Shown here: piece by piece, positions 1-11,109 of the stretch
How positions within the stretch are numbered: the first letter of the stretch is position 1
Layout: every line of letters starts with the position of its first letter
NCBI GenBank assembly: GCA_040954595.2
Contig: CM082584.2
Coordinates: forward strand, 10,138,190-10,202,189
Source: Balanoglossus misakiensis
Taxonomy: Eukaryota; Animalia; Hemichordata
Direction: 5' to 3'
DNA: 64,000 nucleotides
The notes under the pieces: model-generated
Databases searched by the model: none
Seen by the model: only the letters and a program-made list of their open reading frames with translations
What the model was told of the DNA's origin: nothing
Translations under genes and position numbers: made by a program

Positions 1-997
1 GGACACAATCAACATATGGTGGCGACAAAGCTATTGCAGAAGTGTAGTAAATTGAATTGTGTCCGTGATATTCACGGTCGTGCCTTCTCCGAAATTGGCC
101 TGTATTCTGTTGTACGGACACCAACTCATGTTGAGTCACCGTGTCAATACTTTGTGACGGTAATTTACAGACCTATTTACATGTCCAAAGGACAACTGAG
201 GAAATGCTAATTAAAGACAGAAAGTTACCATGCATTTCGGTCTGTTCTCATTTGTCACTGCATGCATGCTCTTGCTGTGCTTCTGTTTGAGGAAGGGGTT
301 GTGCAGTCGAAAACAATATAGCACCGTGCGCGACCGCCTCAACAATTGGGGCTGGGCAGCACTCGGGTGTAAAAACAGAAAGCTATTAAAAAAATAACTT
401 ATACATTTTACCGGAATTTTATAGGGAATTTTACGGAAGCTTATTGAGGCCAATTTGTAAATAATATAACAATAAAAATCTCGTAATTTTAAACTCGTAA
501 TTACGCATTTATAAGCTCATACCGGTAATTACGCGTTTTCAAACTCGTACCGGTAAATTATTATAGTACCGGTAAAATAACAGTTAATGGGCAGGGAATA
601 CGTAAAGCACTGTTGCTTACAACTCTTCAGAGGAATAAACATTTACGCTAGTTCAGTTCTCCTACATGAAATCATGGAGGTACTAAGTACCTCCTTGATG
701 AAATACATTTATTCACCGTGAGCACAAAATTAATACAGAACTCTTCCTTTCGCGGCAAAATTCGACACAAGTAGGCCTAACGCAGGGGATGTACGATGGT
801 GACGTGACCTGAAATAGGTACTAAGTGGTTGTAGTTTTACAAGCTACTTGTACATGTACTAGTATATCATTACATCATTCTGTGTTACTCATTGGCTACA
901 TGTACTCTTCATCATACACTTTGTCTAAGATTCCCCGAGGTCCTACGTCTAGTTAGTCAATGTTTTCGTGATCATGTCATTCCCGCTAGTGTTTCCC

Positions 998-2287
998 TCA
1001 TTGGATCTGATAATCCTCCAGCCGAAATCCGGGTAGTCTGGCGACAAGGCTCACATTCTCTCGTCTCAGGTCACCATCGTCTGACAACGGCAGGTAGCCC
1101 ATGACAGCCATCATCTCTTTGCACGGTGCCAGCGTTTCAACGGCTCTCGCGGCGTCCGCGCTGAGCCTGGATCTCCAATTTTGAGCCTGTCGTTTGGAGT
1201 TGCGACTGGTTCCGTAGTGTCCGCCGTTCGGCTTCTCGCCCGTCGTGTTCTCGTCCAGCCACGCGCGCACCTCGCCGGGCAGGACGAGACCGAGATCGCG
1301 ATAGAGCGCCTCGGCTGTCTCGTGGGGACGTTCGGCCATGTCCTCGTACCGGACAAAATTATATCTGTCTTCGAAGTATTCATGGCCCATGCTCCTGCCG
1401 ATGACGTAGTTTTCTAGCCAATTTTGGCAGTACGATTTTGTCGTTTCGATAGCAACCTGAGTGATATCCTCCAAACCGTAGAGCTTTTTCCCGCCTTCTT
1501 TCAGTTCCAACCAGGAGGACAATCGCCCGCGAGGGTCGCGTATAATATGAACAACTTTTACGTTGAGCGACTCACCTTGCATTAAATGTATCGCCTCGTT
1601 TATATGTCTAATGCGAATCGTTTTGATAGCAACGTTTCTCTTTCGCCTGCAATGTTCTGCCAGTATGTCTGGGGTAACAGCCGAACAAGAACGATTCTGA
1701 CCGACATGATCGCATAGTTTATTGTTAACCGAGGCTGGAATATGTCGACGCCGCCCCTGGAACGACAGCGACGAAACTTCTCTTAGATAGCATTCCATGC
1801 CGTCGAAATGGCACTGGAACATTTTCTTCAACATTTGGACGTAGTGCGTTGAGAATGTGTAGCTTGGGAGACCAGCCTCCTCGATGCATTTCAACAACAG
1901 AAGACCCGGTTCGAACACGTAAAAGAAATCTCGACTCTGGTTGAACAGTTCGGCAGTGAAAGTTGACCCTGTTCGGTAACCGCCCATCAGCAGGATACGC
2001 GCCGAGTCTCGTCCTGGTCGGTCGTCTGCCGCACTAACTAATTGTCCGGGGATGTTGACTTCGGGTAAAATCCTGGCAAGAGTAACGCTGTTGACAGTGG
2101 GCGCAAATTTCCAGCTTTTATCGGTGGACGACAGTTTCCCCTTAACGTGAACGTCACCGACGTCCAAAATGCGGATCATTAGTAACCCCATGAGAAAGAA
2201 GGTGCCAATGGCGAGATAATGAATCCATTTTCGTGCCATTTTCGTTGGGATGCCGGCCGCTCCCCTTACGAACGCGGTCTTCTCCAT
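998..2287 (-). CDS. Golgi carbohydrate 6-O-sulfotransferase (CHST1/CHST3/GlcNAc6ST family), single coding exon
   Basis: Intronless ORF; first ATG at 2287, alternative ATG at 2239. N-terminal TM anchor (YLAIGTFFLMGLLMI), 5'-PSB motif GGYRTGSTFTAELF, FYVFEP, 3'-PB motif KVVHIIRDPRG and VRYEDM, all typical of the CHST family. Confidence 0.9.
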   Translation of the reverse strand: MEKTAFVRGAAGIPTKMARKWIHYLAIGTFFLMGLLMIRILDVGDVHVKGKLSSTDKSWKFAPTVNSVTLARILPEVNIPGQLVSAADDRPGRDSARILLMGGYRTGSTFTAELFNQSRDFFYVFEPGLLLLKCIEEAGLPSYTFSTHYVQMLKKMFQCHFDGMECYLREVSSLSFQGRRRHIPASVNNKLCDHVGQNRSCSAVTPDILAEHCRRKRNVAIKTIRIRHINEAIHLMQGESLNVKVVHIIRDPRGRLSSWLELKEGGKKLYGLEDITQVAIETTKSYCQNWLENYVIGRSMGHEYFEDRYNFVRYEDMAERPHETAEALYRDLGLVLPGEVRAWLDENTTGEKPNGGHYGTSRNSKRQAQNWRSRLSADAARAVETLAPCKEMMAVMGYLPLSDDGDLRRENVSLVARLPGFRLEDYQIQ

Positions 2288-3955
2288 TTGCTCACACAGC
2301 GTCAACCAGTCTCCAGTCGGTTTTCACAGATAGGCAGTGTCGAAGCACTGTGTTTGCTTGCAGTTTGCCAACAGTGCTCGACACGTGGTAGTCTCAGTTG
2401 ATTTAGGCAAAACTGAAACAATATGGTCGGCGCAGGGACCGTATGTTTTTCTGTATGCTCACAGATAGCAAAGAAGTACGTGTTTCCTAAAAAAAACCGC
2501 GCACTACAGTGACATGTCGTGTGTTTATTTGGACTGGTTGTTGTGGAGTTTTACCGGGACAGTATAGAGAGGGGGCGGGGGTAAAACAGAAATATACCCA
2601 CCACAGACCACTTCGCGGATAGGGTATCTGCAATGCATGATGGTATAATTTGCGTTCAACATAGCGTCTAGTACATGGCTAACGCACGCGCTCAGAACGC
2701 AAACTGTCACACAACTCCCTGCATTATTCTATCCGCGATGTGGTCCACGGCCACCAGTATTTTTTGCGGAAATCGTAAACCCATCAATTTCTGTCCGTCC
2801 GGTTTGGTTTAAACTTGCAGGTACCATCAAACGCCAATGTTTGCATGCCAAGAGATGCAATAGGTCGCTAACAAGGACGTGACATTTTATGTGGTTTGCG
2901 TCAGAGGACACAGCTAACGGCTTGGTAATAATTAAATTAATTGTAATGTTATTGTCTTTAAATTAGCGTTTAGTCTCGTTGAACTACACACACACACCCG
3001 TAACAGTTATGTTTCAAAACTATAATGCAACAGGATAATATTTGCTATACTAGTACACTGCCTATGTTTGTCAAGTGTACCATTCTAACCAACACATTTC
3101 GCCTCGTCAGCTTGCGGCATGTCCGATGAAAAAAAAATGATGCCGCATGGAAAACTGCGTCACGTATCAATAAGATAGCGATGCATGCAACTGCACGGTC
3201 TTTTGAATTGGAAATACACCATATTTCAAAATCTCCCGTGCATGAAAAGGATTTTCACGGCAATCGTTCACCGTTAGTAGCGCCCTTTGTTAGTTTTGGA
3301 ACGTTAACGTTTCGATGGACATGCGTGAGCGGCGAAACGGATATCTATAGAAGAGACATCTTTGCGGGCTCGTCCGACCCAACGGAACCAACAGCTGAAC
3401 GCCTTTCACCAATTTCACGGATGAAAGGTGTACATGTACAAGCTGTTCTCGTTCCATACTTATCATAAGCAGAGATCTCCCCACTCAGGAGTAATGGGTA
3501 CCTGGTAGGAGAGAGAATGTTACTTGATGTTTAATTCTGCTGCGCTGATATAACGGCTGCATATGAGCTGTTGTTTGCTCCTCAGGTAGTTGGATGGAAT
3601 ATTTAGGTCCGAACACCAGAGGAAAAAGTGTAAGGCGCATTAAGATGTACATGTATTATGCAATGCGTGATATAAGGAATTATTATTACTAATGAAGAGA
3701 CAGTTTCTCACGTGATAATATAAATAACTTTTAACTTCTCGTGAATATTTACAACAGCAAAATACGCATATATTAATTTACATGAAACCTCCGCGGAAAG
3801 TGAACTGAAAGTGACGGCCTGCGTCGCTTTCATAGTGAAGTCGCCCTCACGGGTAAAATGCCGAATAAAACGGCGACATAAAATGGCCACTCGAACTGCA
3901 CGTGTTCTGGCACACTGCTATTTGATGGTCTGAGTGCGTGCTTCGTCAATTTAGG

Positions 3956-6900
3956 TTAGAACTGTTCTTGTTTGAATTTCATGCCGTACTGGTAAGATTT
4001 ACGCTTCAGAACATGTCCTAACTGAGGTGGCCCACAATAAAAGATTGTCACGTCTCCTTTCCTCTCTCGATCGATCCCCTGTAACACCTGTGAAGTAGAG
4101 GGGGGGGGGGGACAATGTTGTCATCATCGCTGTCAGGAAGGATGATTTATAGAGAATGTGTATGAAATCGTCATCATCATCATCATCATCATCATCCCAA
4201 CCCTAACCGTTTATATTGACAAAGAGAGATACAACATTCTCACACGACCATGCAGAGATTGAATAACTCCTGCGAGAAATATAATTCCAGATTCCACAAA
4301 CGAGAACAAACCTGGTCCCAATCTGGTCTGCCCGGAATAGTTCTGCTTTGCAATCCAGTAATGAGGTCCTTTCTATCTCGCCGATGCAGCAAGTCGAGCG
4401 CCATCTCGAGCCCAAAGCCCGAATATTGTTGGATGTGGAGCGCTGACGTCATGTACAGGTGAAACTTCAAGAAATCGTCGTTCGGACCGACGTCTTTCTG
4501 CTCGTCCTCTAGCTGACCAATCAAATCAACGAACCATTCGAACGACTTCTGATCTCGGTTTATCCAGAAGAAGTCAACCTGAAAAATGTGTGGGTATGAA
4601 AGTGTTACAGCACATGCCATGTTTGTTTGAAATGGTTCGCGATTTTTTTCGAGAACAAGCCACGATGTCTTTGTATGGAGTGTGAACAAAATATCCACCT
4701 TGGCCAATCCCAATGTATGCACACAACAAGGCAAACAAATTCTAACCTTTCTCAGTTTCATTTCACTCTGTTGTATTTCCTCCTTCCAAGCGAACTTGCA
4801 TTCGGGACAGCTTCTCTTGGCGGCCTTGTATCGTTCGTTGATGCTCTGCAGGATGGAGGCGAACGGCGTCACACCTATGCCGGCTCCCACCAGCACAGCG
4901 TGCTCGGAATCGCAGATCCGCTCCGACGGCGAGCCGTAAGGACCGTCCAGGTACACCTGCGCGTGCGAGAGTGGAGACGACAGCATTAGTTGTTGGGGAA
5001 ATGTCCAGAAAAGCAAGGTCAGCATACTATTTATGTCATCCAAGATTTCTACTATATTTGTTAAACATGAAAAGGGTCCGAGAAGCAAACGTGTCTTTTT
5101 ACATACCTCTAAGTCGTGACCACTATCTCCAAGTTTTGCATGGACAAATTCTGATATCGTTTTTATGCGTGGATCTCCTCCAGACGCATCCTCTGTAGCC
5201 GTCCTCTCACTCTCAGACTTCCGAGTAAAGTCGACACCAACGGTCCTGCTCGTCCCTGAAGAAATTACATTCTTCCCGTTGGCGGCGCCGCCGTCAGAAG
5301 AACCAAAACTGGCCCGGCCTTGCTGCTGGGTGTCCGAGACAACATTCGGCAGATTGGAAGCGGCGTCCATGTCTTGTAGTTCTAAGTCTATCACGTCTAA
5401 ATCTTGAAGCAGGTCTACAGGGGCGAAGTTCTCCTTCTTCGTTTCTTCGGATTTCGGTGTCGGCGTTGAGTCGACACCCGGGTTATTGTGTTTGTAATAG
5501 CCGTATAGTTTCTTGGTCCAGTTGCCAACCGCTCTTACGTGCAAGTCTAAAGCATCTACCAAGTGGTACAGAAAGACAGAGAGACTATATTTACTCTTGC
5601 GGATCGCTTGTAGCGTTGTTCTCACGTTACAAATTTGATGGACATTACAGAGAAGATATTATTTTCGGTATTAAAAAATGCTGGAAGACTACAGTTATGT
5701 GATAAGCTGTTTTCGCATGACCAGATAGTTACGCCTGTAGCTGTTACCGTTTACGACAGTTGGTCAGGTCGAACTTGAAACTAAAACTACGCTTCCCTTT
5801 TTGTGAAGAAAGTGACAACAAACTCACCTTTCTGTTCCGGTGCGCTGCTTAAAGTAAAGGGATGCCACTCGTGCTTTGCAATGCTTGGAATGTTGACATA
5901 CACGTAATCGCCAGCTTTGAAACGAAAGTGGGGTGGTCTTTCGATCTTCAGATGGACAACCTGTAAAAACACCATGAGAAGTATGGTTTGAAAACCACAG
6001 TGCAGGTAACATACAGTATAAACCATGATCTTGATTATGCATGTCGATAGTGAGTACATGTATATACATGTTCCTTTTGTTGAGCAACCGTAGACCGTCA
6101 TCTGCGAGTGGTCTGGGGAACTTGTGTAGTTTTACATACCTTAGAAGGGAGGATGTTTCCTTCTTTGATGAAAGTTCTTCCGTGGTGAGATTTCCCGCTC
6201 CATTTTGTGCGACACACCCTTTCCATTGCATACAGCATGGCCGGAAACAGAAACCAGATCCAAAACGTGGCAGCGTGGACCAGGAGGCACAACCACCAAA
6301 CAAAGAAAAGTTGGTGCGTCCAGTAAAAGACCTGGGCCAAGACGAGACAACATAAATAAGCGTTATTCAAGGGCGTGTTCATAACATTGTGGTCTTGGGA
6401 AACTTTAGGGGTATAACGGCATACGTCAGTCATTTTCGTCACGATTATTTCACAAGATGGTGACGAACTTGTTCAGATATGTAACGAAGAACAACCGATA
6501 TCGATGCTTACCGTTTCGATAACACTCAAAAAAAAATTCACGCCAAATGAGGACTTTCTTGTCTTACCTGAAAATGACCTTTTCTTCTGACGAACGGCAG
6601 AGAGCAGACGACGATAATAACCAAGAGGCCGACCAGGACAATTCCAGTGACGAAGGGTAGATTTCCAGACCACTGAAAGTCTGAAAAAGACAGGTGAAAT
6701 TAGTCAACTATGCACTGTTTCCTTCCAGTACAGGGTTTGTCACCAAAGAAAATACAAATGTAGTAAGAAACTAAAGGGTTCAAAAAACAACGTGACAAAA
6801 TGCTTACCTAGATTAACCAGATGAGCTGCTGTGTGCACGACACTCAGGCAAACAAGCACACAACCAACAAGCTTGTGGATGAGGATGTGCTGATCCAATG

Positions 6901-9900
6901 GTAACACGTGACCAAGCCTGGTGGGACGTAGCCATGTCAGACATTTCCTCAACATCAGTACTACGATGAAAGCGCTGTTGAAATTCAGACTGCGACCTGT
7001 TCAAAATGGACAAACACATGTAATATCGGGTTAGGGTGGTGTTAGGGTGGGCTTTTTAACGTGGTTCTTATGGTCCAGTGGTCATGGTTAAATTACGCCA
7101 TCTGTGGTCAAACTTGGTAGACGCGAGAGCAAGCATAAGCAGTAAAACAAGCCCCTAGAAAATTGGCTCAAGAATCCGAGGAATACCTACCGCAACCTTT
7201 TGCGATGACCAGTGATATGTTGGCTGGAGTACTGTAGTTTCTGTAGGCAGCTTCCGCAAAGAGACCCACGTTCAGAGCAACGTAGAACAGAAAGAAAGCG
7301 ATGAACGACGCGTGATTTCGGAGGTAGCTTGCAGTGTATTTACACCTGGATGACAGCTTTTGTCCGGTCTGTTCGTCTTGCGGTCCTCTTAGCCAGTTTG
7401 CAGCACTGATGAAAGAAACGGAGAAGTTGTTTTCTTAATTTTAGTTAAGGTGATATTTATTTTTGTCGAGTATAATTTATGGATAAAGTTCATTCGCGTT
7501 GTTGTGGATTGTATAGGGGGTCGTACATAGTCACTTGGGAATTGAGTGTGTATGCGAGCGCCGTTACGATGTGCCACGTTACCTTGTAGTAATATTGTTA
7601 ACGACGTCTGGATGTTTCTGCATTTGCCGTTTGAAGTTCTCGAAGTTCACTGCGCAGCCGGCCTCTACATCGGCATCCTGGAAGAGCAACTCAGTCAGAT
7701 CGTCTATCTGTGTCTCCGTACACGACAGACCGTTCTCCTCAAGGCACGTCTTCATCACCACACGCAGCTCCGCCCTCTCGAGGTGACCGTTGCCTGGAAA
7801 CAAGAGAACAAATGAACGTCTACATCAAATGGCTGATACGGTCAACTATGACATCGGTTCCTACGAACAGAAGTATTGGTCTGTACCGTGGGTCTACCAC
7901 AGGCAGTAACTGTCTATGTCTGTGGTGGTATTACAGCCTTCGACAACTACATCGTACCATTCGGTAGTTGCCTTGCGCAGTTGGTTACGGTACTAGACGG
8001 AAGAGCCGAGATGGCAGCCAGACTGATCTGTGGCCACGAGAAGTTCCACTTACCGTTGATGTCATAGATGTCAAACAGAAACCGCAGCTTGTCTTCGTCG
8101 CTGCCGTGAGTCAAGAGATTCAGTCCATAAAGCAGGTTCCTGGTACTCACTCGACCGGTGTGGTTCTTGTCGAAGATTTTGAAGAAACGTTCGGCGAAGA
8201 AAGTCGACTAAAAGAGACAAACAATAACATGAGACCGACACACGTCATGATGTACAAATGTTCATGGTAGATGAAGTGTTTGTTTTGACACTCGGGCATG
8301 TAATTGTAGGACAGTGCTGTATGATTTACCTTCTTCACTTGCAACATTTCTTTAAACGTCGAGAAGTCGATATTTGTGTCCTTGTTGCTGCAGTCGCCGA
8401 AGCGATATTCGAACCAGGACAGCCATTTTGCACTTCTTTCCATACTGCGGGGAAAGGAGAGAGAAACGGACACTGGTCATGACACACGCCCGTTAAAATT
8501 CCCATCTTTTTCTTAATACCAGTCATGGCTGTCATTACATCCACAGACAGAATAGCATATAAGCATAGAAACGTGTACACATCATAGGCTGACTGTCCTT
8601 GAACAAACACAACTTACAACTACTCAAGACGAGAAAAGTGATCACTGATTCGGCAACTTCGGACAATAGAGCTACAGCGAAAACTGTTCACGCATACTCA
8701 CCAACGCACGGCGTCTAATTTGGAGACCACTTCGCCACCTGTCAATAAACCACTCTTGCTATTGTTCAACACTCGAAAAAGCGATTTTATACCCTGTAAA
8801 AGGAGATGAAGAAAATATATGTATAGTGGTACACAATTACCCGTCAACCATTTCTGAGTTATGTGTCAGTCATAGTTCGTTACTGTGATTGGTCGAAGAG
8901 CTATAACAAGGCGTGGTTTTGCCTTTGGCGCTGCCCTGGCAAACTGGGCGATTCTTTTATTTTACCGCGAGATTTTACTCATCACTTGCTTACCTCCTTG
9001 GTTGAGATGACTTTCTTGAAATCTTCTCGTGACAGCTGGCGTAAACGTTGATCGCCACAACAAACTTTTTCGAAGGCAACACACAGGGTATACGCATGCT
9101 TTTGTTGGTTATTGTCACTGAGAGAGAAAAGAATAATGGTATTAAAATGGAATGATATTCATGGAAGTATGTAAGCTGAGACTCTCTGTTTTTTTTTCAA
9201 CCAAGTGCGAATCTGTTCCAGCAAAAACTGCCTGTGGGTGAGGGGAAACGCCCACACTATGGTTCCGGATATGTCTACGACACGTGACATGACAACTCAC
9301 CTTCCCAGTCTGTGGACCATCCCGATTAATTCATGCAAATGAATGCTGGCGCCACGCTCCCCATTCACGAGAGCGAACAGCTGATCCGAGAACTCCTGAA
9401 ACAACAAAACTGCCGAATTAACCACGTGTGACAATAAAAAGCGAATACCCAATAACATAATAAAGTGTGAGTATATGGCCACGGTATTCTCTCTCTCGGA
9501 TACCTACCATGTGGTAGTTTATGAGATTTATGGTGGTCTGAAGATTTTTCTTTGGAATTCTCTGTTGGGAAGTGATGACCAATTTACTTGACTTTTAGCC
9601 TTCCCAAAGTCTATTACAGTTGAAGTGTAGGTGGAAGTGATATGGGGCAGTTTCCTCGAAAGAGAGAGGACTAAGTTTTCAACGCAGTTTTTGACATTTA
9701 TCACAAAATCTTTGCCATATCATTTAAACAGTAAACATTTTTGAGGGAATAACACGAAACCATTAATACATACCTTGGAAAGATGGCTTGCACGTTTCAC
9801 GAAGTCGCTCTCGTTCAACGCGTTCGGATAGGCGAAGTTTTCGTGGAACCACGCGGCGGCAGTCTCGGGGGTCTGGTCGCAGTCCTTGTCGTCATCTTCA

Positions 9901-9968
9901 ATCGTAATGACGACGTCTCCGCCGATTTCCGAGTCCGTCGACTTTATGGAGGACTGACTACGATCCAT
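3956..9968 (-). CDS. NOX5: NADPH oxidase 5-like (EF-hand Ca2+-activated NOX), 16 exons, ~961 aa
   Basis: Exons 9968-9774, 9395-9301, 9117-8994, 8793-8702, 8444-8330, 8207-8054, 7793-7583, 7405-7191, 6996-6808, 6680-6568, 6331-6140, 5960-5828, 5555-5107, 4956-4747, 4578-4312, 4087-3956; all GT-AG, 2886 nt, in frame. Motifs: FFAERFFKIFD...DKLRFLFDIYDING EF-hands, heme His (IHKLVG..VHTAAH; WTHQL..LLVH), HPFTLSS (FAD), DGPYG, GAGIGVTPF, VDFFWINRDQKSFEWF, FYCGP and terminal Phe. Confidence 0.92.
4171..4196. repeat. (TCA)n microsatellite in the last NOX5 intron
   Basis: About 8 tandem TCA units seen directly. Confidence 0.85.
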
Positions 9969-11109
9969 TGGTGGCGGTTGGAGGGTTACGGTTACAGAGA
10001 CGAAGATCTCCCGGGATAGTTGAATCCCTTCTTGCAGAATCGTGGTTACTACCCGAACAACGATGTTCTTCGTGTGATGTCTTGTGAAGGTGTGACTGCT
10101 ACCAGTGTACGCGTGCCTAGTTTTTGATTACCTATTGTCAGTTGTCCCCTGTACCCCCTATATACATGTCAGCCCTTTATGTTTTTCCCTGTTCTGGGGA
10201 CAATAGATTGAATCGGCTAGAAACGCCTGTGATTGGTTTGCTGTGAAACATAAACCACCAACGAAAAGAGCTTTTAGCGGTTTCAGCGACTGAGTGTCTC
10301 CCGGTCGTTTGACGACAGGAAGAAGAAGACTCACCGTAAGAGATGAGCAAATATTACTGGCGCCGGTTTGTTTATAAAGGTACACGGACGAGTCGAAGCA
10401 GGGCGGGGAAGTTTATAAACAGGGAGGTGGCGCCAGCGGTCTGACACACTGGGTGGTCACTGTTGATTAGGGGGAGGGGTTACCGCTCGCGTGCTCCCTG
10501 TCCCACAAAACGACCCCCAGACTGCGGTTACCAACCGCAGAAAGACTCGCCTGTTCACTAAATCAACGTGACACGTGTCTAAGCATATCGCGGAAAGGAT
10601 ATGTCTTTTTTTCAAAGAAGGGCTAGTACTTCCTCTCCACGTGGAGCTAGTTCCACTCACGACTCCACGCCAAAGAACATTTTTGACCACGCGGTGTCCG
10701 CAACCAACAAGTTGTCTAACTTTCAGATGCCTATTTTCATCGGCCAAATTGAAGTAGTATTTTTACCCTTACCTCTGGAAAAATAATGCAAATTCCACCA
10801 AATTTCCACCGGAGATTTTGACTTGGCCGCCATCATTGAACTGCCACGTGTTGAAGTGGTCTGAGCATTGGCGCACGTGCGTCTTTATGGCCTGAACTTC
10901 TGCAAGGTGTGAACTGGTCGGGCCTTCGTGTGAATCGCGAACACATTGACATGTAAATCATTCGGAATCCCCGGGAATGACGTCAGAGGGATTCCACCAT
11001 TTGGACCAATCAGCGTCTACAAGACCAACGAGCATGCGTTATGACCCTAAAATCCACGTTTCAGTCCAACTTTATTCTACAGTTTGGGACAAAATCATTT
11101 CACCGAGTC

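Noticed and set aside
4240-5625. 461-aa ORF as a standalone gene
   Set aside because: It is three NOX5 exons read through two stop-free introns; the true C-terminus is in exon 4087-3956.
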